From Saccharofermentanales bacterium (GTDB taxonomy: Bacteria; Bacillota; Clostridia; Saccharofermentanales; DTU023): a DNA stretch of 64,000 bases. Shown here in pieces: positions 57,823 to 64,000 of this stretch. The notes beneath the pieces are model-generated. The model had not been told where the DNA came from. It did not search any database and was given only the letters and a program-made list of their open reading frames with translations. Both the position numbers and the translations under genes were made by a program. Where the stretch lies: contig JBMNJV010000005.1 in assembly GCA_050951845.1 (NCBI GenBank), positions 193,569-257,568 on the forward strand, in the 5' to 3' direction. Position 1 is the stretch's first letter, and the number at the start of each line of letters is the position of its first letter.

Positions 57823-57909
57823 ATTTGCTCAGAATACAGCGAAGTCCTTTTATTTGCTCGGAATACAGCGAAGTCCTTTTGTTTGCTCAGAATACAGCGA
57901 AGTCCTTTT
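57823..57909. repeat. 29-bp x3 perfect-period tandem repeat abutting the -10 box of the flavodoxin/ferredoxin gene
   Basis: (A/G)TTTGCTC(A/G)GAATACAGCGAAGTCCTTTT occurs at 57823, 57852 and 57881. TATAAT lies at 57914-57919. Confidence 0.95.
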
Positions 57910-57954
57910 GTTGTATAATTTATCTATCAGTAAATCCGAAAGGACAATTTTAAG

Positions 57955-58821
57955 ATGAAGATCAAAAATGTTTACACCATATTTTTCAGCCCTGCAGGCA
58001 GTACCAAAAACATCGCTTGTCTTGTCGGAGATGGAATAGCTGACAAATTAGCTGTTTCAAATCATGAGATTGATTTTACTTTGCCGCAACAGAGATTGCA
58101 CGAGTATCATTTTACCGAATCTGATTTGGTTGTTTTCGCAATGCCTGTATATGCAGGACGTATACCTAACAAAATATTACCTTTTGTTCAAAGTTTATTC
58201 TTGGGAGATAACACGCCCGTAATACTGATTTCTGTTTTCGGCAATCGCAATTTTGACGAAGCTTTGATGGAACTTAAAATCGAATTGGAAAAACAGAATT
58301 TTAATGCAATTGCCGCTGCTGCAATTGTCAGCCGGCATGTATTCTCCGAAAAAATCGCCAAAAACAGACCGGACCGGCAGGACCTGCAAGAAATTCAACA
58401 ATTTATTACAGATGTAACTCAACTGATCACAGACACAAAAGAAAATCCACAAAATCAGGAAACTCAAAGCAAGACACAAGCTACCAAACTTGATCTGCCG
58501 GGGCATGATCCTGTCGGACCTTACTATACACCACTCGGCATTAATGGTGAACCGGTGCATTTTTTAAAAGCGAAACCCGAGACTGATCTCAGTTTATGTA
58601 TCGATTGTAAAGCTTGTGCCAAAGCATGTCCGATGGGCTCTATTTCAATAGATGATGTCAGTTCCGTTCCGGGAATTTGCATTAAATGCCAAGCCTGTAT
58701 CAAAATCTGTCCGACAAATGCCAAATATTTTGCAAATCCGGATTTCAGCTCACACATTAAAATGCTGGAAAAAAATTATTCTGCCAGAGCTGATAATCAT
58801 TTTTTCCTGGTTCAAGCTTGA
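57955..58821 (+). CDS. flavodoxin-like domain fused to a 2x[4Fe-4S] ferredoxin domain (EFR1-type)
   Basis: The N-terminal flavodoxin-like fold (IFFSPAGSTKNIA...VFAMPVYAGRIP) is followed by CIDCKACAKACP and CIKCQACIKICP. Confidence 0.7.
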   Translation: MKIKNVYTIFFSPAGSTKNIACLVGDGIADKLAVSNHEIDFTLPQQRLHEYHFTESDLVVFAMPVYAGRIPNKILPFVQSLFLGDNTPVILISVFGNRNFDEALMELKIELEKQNFNAIAAAAIVSRHVFSEKIAKNRPDRQDLQEIQQFITDVTQLITDTKENPQNQETQSKTQATKLDLPGHDPVGPYYTPLGINGEPVHFLKAKPETDLSLCIDCKACAKACPMGSISIDDVSSVPGICIKCQACIKICPTNAKYFANPDFSSHIKMLEKNYSARADNHFFLVQA

Positions 58822-60335
58822 CCGGTCTTGAATAAATCCGCTGCAATACGCTCATTCATTTGTTCAATATTCAAATTAATGACTTCCGGATTTTGTTCAC
58901 CTGAAAAGGCGGCCAAAGGAATAACAACGCCTGATTCTTCAGATAGTTCCTGCAATAAGCGCTTGTAATTTCGCTTAATATTTTTGTTTTGTTCAAAAAT
59001 CGCTTCGGCCGATACTTGAACAGACAATAACGGATTCTCTATTACAGGTACGATAGTTTTGTTTGTTTTTGATGTGCTTTGCTCAAAACGTTCCAATACA
59101 TCCAAAGTCAAAGCTGTATACGGATCGAAAAGATAATCTGTCTTCAGATACCAATTTCGGATTTGTTCTACAGTTTGATTGTTATTAGCATATCCGGACT
59201 GAATTAAACCGGACAATTTTTGCTTGATTTTAGGAGTTAAATTAATCCGTTCAGCTTTGAATAATTCAGTCATAATCTGATATGTTATTTGACAATCGGA
59301 ATCCGTTACCTCAAATAAAACTCGTTCTAAATTCGGTAAATAGATTTGGTCAAGAGCCGGGGTATTCGTACGTGAAAATCTGCGTTTCAGTTTGTATTTT
59401 CCCTGACGGAAAAAATCAGCAATTGCCCGGTTGTTATTGGATGCAGCAAGCAAGCTGGTCAACGGCAAGCCCATTTTTTGCAAAAGCTGACCCGTATATA
59501 AAAAATCAAGATTCAGATTCGGGAAGGCTAATTCAAAACATTCACCATCATCAATTAATCCCTGATTCAATAAATCAAGATAAGCCGATAACAATATAAT
59601 AACCAATGCTAAATGCTGAGTAAAAGCTAAACTTCCCGCGGCGGCAAGAAATTTGTTTTGATCTTTCAGCCCTAACCGCAATTTTTCCTGATAGAACAGA
59701 TTTTGCGGAAAATATTCTACATCTTGCACTCGGCCGTTGAGCGTATATAACTTTAAAGGATGATCATTTTCATTAAAACTGTTCCGGATGTGTTGAATTT
59801 CTTTAAGGATATAAGTGTTGATCGCTTTACTATCAGTTATTAAGACAGGTTCCCATCCTGAAGCATCATGGTTCAGAGCGACTAAACTTTTCACACTTTG
59901 CAATGATTCACCGGCAATTACAAACCATTGTTCATCTTCTTTGATTACGGTTTGCAGACAAGCCAGACTAAAAGCATGTGTTAAGTCCATATAACAACTT
60001 GTCGGTCCATGTTCGGCAAACAAAAATAAAGGATTTGTTAAATACGGATTGAGCGGTTTCATTTCGTAGAGTAACTCAGACTGAAAATGTGTCACATCGA
60101 ATGCAGTTTGACATATTTGATTAATTTGTGTTTCAGACAATTCAGGTGCAAATAAATTAACTATGCGGGCTGCCCGGGCTTGAACAGAAAGCGGTTTAAG
60201 CTGATTCAAAAAATCTTGATCGATCCGCGGTAATGTACAAGGTACAAAAAGACCTCCGTGCATCGGCACACTTTCGCGCAGCATTTGAGAAAAGGTGTAT
60301 TTTCTGCTCGCTTGGACAGTTGATTGATATTGCAT
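58812..60335 (-). CDS. threonine-synthase-like protein lacking the PLP-binding lysine (probable pseudoenzyme)
   Basis: The start is chosen at ATG 60335 (AGGAG upstream, 1 nt after the upstream stop). The N-terminus (YQST...FSQMLRESVPMHGGLFVP) resembles the ThrC N-domain. The HGPTLAFKD motif reads HGPTSCYMD, and ATSGDTG reads AGESLQS. Confidence 0.55.
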   Translation of the reverse strand: MQYQSTVQASRKYTFSQMLRESVPMHGGLFVPCTLPRIDQDFLNQLKPLSVQARAARIVNLFAPELSETQINQICQTAFDVTHFQSELLYEMKPLNPYLTNPLFLFAEHGPTSCYMDLTHAFSLACLQTVIKEDEQWFVIAGESLQSVKSLVALNHDASGWEPVLITDSKAINTYILKEIQHIRNSFNENDHPLKLYTLNGRVQDVEYFPQNLFYQEKLRLGLKDQNKFLAAAGSLAFTQHLALVIILLSAYLDLLNQGLIDDGECFELAFPNLNLDFLYTGQLLQKMGLPLTSLLAASNNNRAIADFFRQGKYKLKRRFSRTNTPALDQIYLPNLERVLFEVTDSDCQITYQIMTELFKAERINLTPKIKQKLSGLIQSGYANNNQTVEQIRNWYLKTDYLFDPYTALTLDVLERFEQSTSKTNKTIVPVIENPLLSVQVSAEAIFEQNKNIKRNYKRLLQELSEESGVVIPLAAFSGEQNPEVINLNIEQMNERIAADLFKTGQA

Positions 60336-60336
60336 T

Positions 60337-61251
60337 TTATTCTCCTGTTTCTCCGGTTTCTGCCCCGGATTTTTGCGTTGCCTCCTGAGCAGGTTCCTCA
60401 GCTGTTGATTCATCAGACTTTTCACTTGATTCAGAGGCTTTATCCGTTGTCTTGCTTGAATCTGCAGGTTCCGTTACAGAATAATTGTTTTGATAATCCT
60501 TCAATAATATTTGAATTTCCGATTGACCCTGCTCTGCTCTGGCTTCCATTTCCTGTTCCAGCCATTGCAAACGCCTGAGAGATTGAGCGGATTCCGTTCG
60601 GGAATTCAAAATAACCGGCCGGATTCCGAAATAAAAAATCAAAAAAACAATTCCCGCAATTGCAACAACAATTGCAGTAAATTTCAGATTAGCTTTCCTA
60701 TTTTCCAAAGCCAATTCTCCGGATAAATCAACAGGATCTTCATTACCTAATTGACGATTGATCAAAGCTATTTCTTCTTTATTGGCACCGGGAGTATGTT
60801 TTTTGCGTGGTGCTTTTTCCAAAATATCCGCAATAGAAATTTCTTTCTTTACTGAACTGTATGCAGCATTGCGTTTTTTTAACAAATCTTCCTGCTGTTC
60901 AAGCAAATTTATTTCATGAGCAACCAGTTTCATCTGCTGTTGTAATAAATCGGCTTGATCTTGGTCAATATCCAACAGGGCAACTTTTTTAAAATAATCA
61001 TTCGCTTGCTTGAAATCTTCCCGGGCAGCCATGATAGTGCCGTAAAGATGAGATGCATGCGCGAACATCGGATAATCATCAGCCACTGTTTTCAATATCG
61101 AAACCGCTTGCTCCTGTTTGCCGGATTTCAGCAAATTCAAAGCATGATTATAAGATTTAAGTGCTTTTGCAAATTCTCGCGGTGTCGCAAATAATCCTAC
61201 CTGATCGGTAGTCAATTTTTCAAAAAATTGATATTGCTTTTGCCAATTCAA
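60337..61251 (-). CDS. TPR-like / coiled-coil single-pass membrane protein, function unknown
   Basis: It has N-terminal TPR-like helices, a coiled-coil, a TM segment (FTAIVVAIAGIVFLIFYFGI) and an acidic S/T/E-rich C-terminus. The TTG start overlaps the folC stop (TTGA). Confidence 0.5.
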   Translation of the reverse strand: MNWQKQYQFFEKLTTDQVGLFATPREFAKALKSYNHALNLLKSGKQEQAVSILKTVADDYPMFAHASHLYGTIMAAREDFKQANDYFKKVALLDIDQDQADLLQQQMKLVAHEINLLEQQEDLLKKRNAAYSSVKKEISIADILEKAPRKKHTPGANKEEIALINRQLGNEDPVDLSGELALENRKANLKFTAIVVAIAGIVFLIFYFGIRPVILNSRTESAQSLRRLQWLEQEMEARAEQGQSEIQILLKDYQNNYSVTEPADSSKTTDKASESSEKSDESTAEEPAQEATQKSGAETGETGE

Positions 61252-62819
61252 TTATTCAGTTCCTCCAATAAATTAAGTAAATATGGTCTGACTTCGCCGA
61301 TCAAATAAAGTGAGCCGAACGTAACCAGCGCCAAACGCTTTTTGTATGCCAATTCATAAGCAAATTCCGTTGCCGCTTTTCTGTCAGATGAATACCAAAT
61401 GTGCTTTTCATTATACAAAGGAATTTCTTCCGATTCCAGCTCGGTTAATTCCCTGATTTGATATTTAATTTGTGTTTTCAGTTGTGATTTATCTGATAAT
61501 TCATTTTGTGGCTTATTTTGCTCAGCAACCTCTGGTTTTTCCCGGTTATAGAATCTGGCAAATTCGGCAGCTAAATTTTTCGCTTTAAGTGCACGCGGAA
61601 AATCCGGACAAGTACATATAATTTCAGCAATGTCGTAAAGTTCGGAACTGCAAATAATATCCAACATTGCTTTATAGTCTTTATCATGCAAAACACCCAC
61701 TAAAAAAACTAATTTGCGATCCCTGAGAAATTTTTCCAAATGTTGTCTTAAACCGTAAACTCCTTGCTTGTTGTGAGCTCCGTCAATCATAATAAACGGC
61801 GATTGTGAAATGCATTCCAATCGGCCGGCCCATTTCGCTAAAGCTACTCCGCTCTGAATCAATTTTTCATCTTTAATAATCAAACGACAAGCTTCTATTG
61901 CCAAAGCTGCATTTTGGGCTTGATAATCACCGCCTAATTGAACATGAAAAGGTCCGGCTGCTTTATACATAAAAGTTTGACCTGTTAAATACGAGGATTG
62001 ATATTCAATATCCGATCGATTGATGATTGACAACGGTGCATTGATTTTTTCAGCATGTTTCAGCAATGTTTGTTTGACATTAGATGCATCTGTTTCAGTC
62101 AGCTCCGTATCGTAAGGGTTATACACGAAAACAGGTACATCCGGTCGCATGATTCCGGCTTTTTCCGCAGCAATTTTCGACATGGTGCTGCCTAATCTGC
62201 CTGTATGATCATAACTCAAAGCTGAAATAATCGTCGCAATCGGTTTTGTTACAACATTAGTCGCATCTAGTCTGCCGCCCATACCGGTCTCCAGGACAAC
62301 CAAGTCACAACCCATTTCCGCAAAATATACAAAAGCCGCAGCGGTAATCATTTCAAATTCGGTAGGTCTGTCAAAACCCTTGAGACTCATTATTTCTACT
62401 TCATAAGCAATCAGCATTAAGGTTTTAGCAAAGTCTTCATCGCTGATTTCCGCTGAGCGGGCATCTTTATATAAATTTTGAATTCCTTCATGACCGTCAA
62501 TAACGCGAATCCGCTCGTTAAAATTTGTTAAATACGGGGAAGTAAAAAAACCTGTGCGCAAACCGGAATTTGCTGCAATGTAAGCACACATCGAACTGAT
62601 TGAGCCTTTTCCGTTAGTGCCCGCTATATGAATTACCGGACAAGCATTTTGCGGATTGCCCAAACGTTCCAATAATTGTTCAATTCTTACCAAGCCCGGT
62701 CGGATTCCGAATTTTCTGGCTTCAGCCAAATATTCAAGTGACTTTTCTAAAGACCAATACATTCCTTCTGTATTATTTTTTTTACATTTTCTTTTTCTGA
62801 TTTTTACGGTCATTATCAT
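61248..62819 (-). CDS. folC: bifunctional folylpolyglutamate synthase / dihydrofolate synthase (with C-terminal insertion)
   Basis: It has the Mur-ligase P-loop IHIAGTNGKGS and a DATNV motif. The start may be a downstream Met. Confidence 0.85.
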   Translation of the reverse strand: MIMTVKIRKRKCKKNNTEGMYWSLEKSLEYLAEARKFGIRPGLVRIEQLLERLGNPQNACPVIHIAGTNGKGSISSMCAYIAANSGLRTGFFTSPYLTNFNERIRVIDGHEGIQNLYKDARSAEISDEDFAKTLMLIAYEVEIMSLKGFDRPTEFEMITAAAFVYFAEMGCDLVVLETGMGGRLDATNVVTKPIATIISALSYDHTGRLGSTMSKIAAEKAGIMRPDVPVFVYNPYDTELTETDASNVKQTLLKHAEKINAPLSIINRSDIEYQSSYLTGQTFMYKAAGPFHVQLGGDYQAQNAALAIEACRLIIKDEKLIQSGVALAKWAGRLECISQSPFIMIDGAHNKQGVYGLRQHLEKFLRDRKLVFLVGVLHDKDYKAMLDIICSSELYDIAEIICTCPDFPRALKAKNLAAEFARFYNREKPEVAEQNKPQNELSDKSQLKTQIKYQIRELTELESEEIPLYNEKHIWYSSDRKAATEFAYELAYKKRLALVTFGSLYLIGEVRPYLLNLLEELNN

Positions 62820-63271
62820 AATTCCTTTGTTGTACTGTTGCTTTTTTTAAACACTAAATACTTACTGACGAAATAATTTCCTAAAACGACAAATACTGAA
62901 CCTAAAACTTTTACCAGCTGAAATTCATAGTCAAATATAGAAATTCTCGGATCAAAACCGATTACAGTCAGCAGGAGTTCCATTAGCCCATGCTCAAATA
63001 TTAAAGATATAAAAAATCTTGAAGCGAAAAATTTGAAGATTTCCGGAAAAATGTCTTGCTCAGATCGAAAAACAAAAATCCGATTTAAAAGATAAGCAAC
63101 CAAAATTGAAAAACCTATTGAAATAAAATTCGAAATTCGCCAGCTGCCGAATATAACTAAATTTTCCAACAGAGAATATGTTACCCAATTTGTTAACGTA
63201 ACAATTATTCCACTGATTAAATAAAGGATAAACTCACGTTGACGGAATTTCTCCAAGATCGCTTTACTCAT
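62816..63271 (-). CDS. GtrA-family membrane protein
   Basis: It is a 4-TM, 151-aa protein with a GtrA-like pattern (REFILYLISGIIVTLTNWVTY...NRIFVF). Its stop overlaps the folC start (ATGA). Confidence 0.65.
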   Translation of the reverse strand: MSKAILEKFRQREFILYLISGIIVTLTNWVTYSLLENLVIFGSWRISNFISIGFSILVAYLLNRIFVFRSEQDIFPEIFKFFASRFFISLIFEHGLMELLLTVIGFDPRISIFDYEFQLVKVLGSVFVVLGNYFVSKYLVFKKSNSTTKEL

Positions 63272-63289
63272 TAAGAACAGAAAGCCTTC

Positions 63290-64000
63290 CTACCTTAGTC
63301 TGAGATTGTTTTTGATGATTAAAAAAATCAGAGCTCCTAAGGATCCTACTGCTGTGACAGCTAAACCACCCAGCATCAGTTTATTATGAAGATTTACTTC
63401 ATTGCCTGTCAATTTGAAAGCTTGTTCTTGTTTAGCTTGTTTCTCTTCTTTCAGATTAATTGTATTTATTTCAGTATTTTGACTATTATCTGCAGTTTGC
63501 TGCACAGTTGTAGGCATCGTTCTTGCAGTTGCAGCACTCGTAGTCGGCTCGGTTTGAGTCGTAATTGTCTGAGCTTGCCCGGTCGTAGTTTTAGTAGTAT
63601 TCTGCAGCACTTCTTCCGTTTCGGCTGAAGTCATTGCAACCAAAGCAATTGTCGGTACAATTTCTATCGTTTGAACTTCAGTTTGACTCATTACCGGCTC
63701 GGTAAACTGAGCAACTGTTGTCTGTGTGGTGACAGGTGCCAGAGTAGATATGATTTTAATCTCATCTTGTGTTGTACCGGCAGTTGCAATCTTTACAACT
63801 TCAGAAGTCGTCGTATTAGTTACACTGCTTTCATTCTCTGACTGAACAGTTGTCGGATTACTAGATTTTTCCGTTCCATCCGGTTGTGAAGTAATAATCG
63901 GTTTTCCCGTTTCAGTTGACTCGCTCGGTCCGGTTGACTCATTAGCGGTCGATTCAGCAGGCTCAGTTAAATCACCAAGTCTGATTGATTCTATCGGCTC
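63290..64000 (-). CDS. C-terminal part of a T/S/E-rich surface protein with a sorting-signal-like end (5'-partial, runs off the window)
   Basis: By manual translation the frame stays open from 63691 to 64000, so the tracked 133-aa ORF is only the tail. The C-terminus is AFKLTGNE, a hydrophobic stretch and KNNLRLR. Confidence 0.6.
   Translation of the reverse strand, partial: EPIESIRLGDLTEPAESTANESTGPSESTETGKPIITSQPDGTEKSSNPTTVQSENESSVTNTTTSEVVKIATAGTTQDEIKIISTLAPVTTQTTVAQFTEPVMSQTEVQTIEIVPTIALVAMTSAETEEVLQNTTKTTTGQAQTITTQTEPTTSAATARTMPTTVQQTADNSQNTEINTINLKEEKQAKQEQAFKLTGNEVNLHNKLMLGGLAVTAVGSLGALIFLIIKNNLRLR

Noticed and set aside
1-64000. Prophage, integrative element, toxin-antitoxin or defence island (RM, Abi, CBASS, retron, DGR).
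   Set aside because: No integrase other than the IS transposase is present. There is no reverse transcriptase, no nuclease/ATPase pairs and no phage structural genes. Gene content is core metabolism and translation apart from the adhesin and the IS.

Overview
This is a 64-kb, AT-rich chromosomal segment that looks like a low-GC Firmicutes (Clostridia/Erysipelotrichia-like) genome. All calls come from reading the sequence and the ORF track; no database search was run.

Most of the window is housekeeping:
- birA(3' end)-bioY, queT, ileS behind an Ile T-box leader, and a CUT1-type sugar/glycerol-3-P ABC transporter.
- A CdaR-like regulator with glycerate kinase, an acyl-CoA ligase, a PfkB kinase, pepA, ldh and hemZ.
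- nrdDG behind a cobalamin riboswitch and putative NrdR boxes, then ppdK and glyQS.
- The conserved yicC-remA-gmk-rpoZ block, uvrC, tsaE/tsaB, rplM-rpsI, a D-Ala-D-Ala carboxypeptidase, prfC and folC.
- Two Y-family DNA polymerase paralogues; only one has an SOS box.

Accessory or unusual content:
- An intact 1518-bp IS3-family element sits in the hairpin loop of one unit of a 92-bp structured tandem repeat array.
- A 2492-aa sortase-anchored adhesin carries at least 13 SpaA/Cna-B-like modules, two Thr-Gln ester-bond domains, a possible thioester head and a variant FPKTG sorting signal. An intrinsic terminator lies inside its leader.
- A translationally coupled gtrA-folC-TPR/TM-thrC-like operon ends in a threonine-synthase homologue that lacks the PLP lysine.
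- Further oddities are a divergent IspF-like protein, a Crh-like HPr paralogue (Glu15), a 5'-truncated orphan RbsB-like binding protein, and many short intergenic tandem duplications.

I found no CRISPR array, prophage, tRNA/rRNA gene or recognisable multi-gene defence system. The best candidates for something undescribed are the thrC-like pseudoenzyme operon, the 92-bp repeat array targeted by the IS, and the adhesin leader. All three remain hypotheses.
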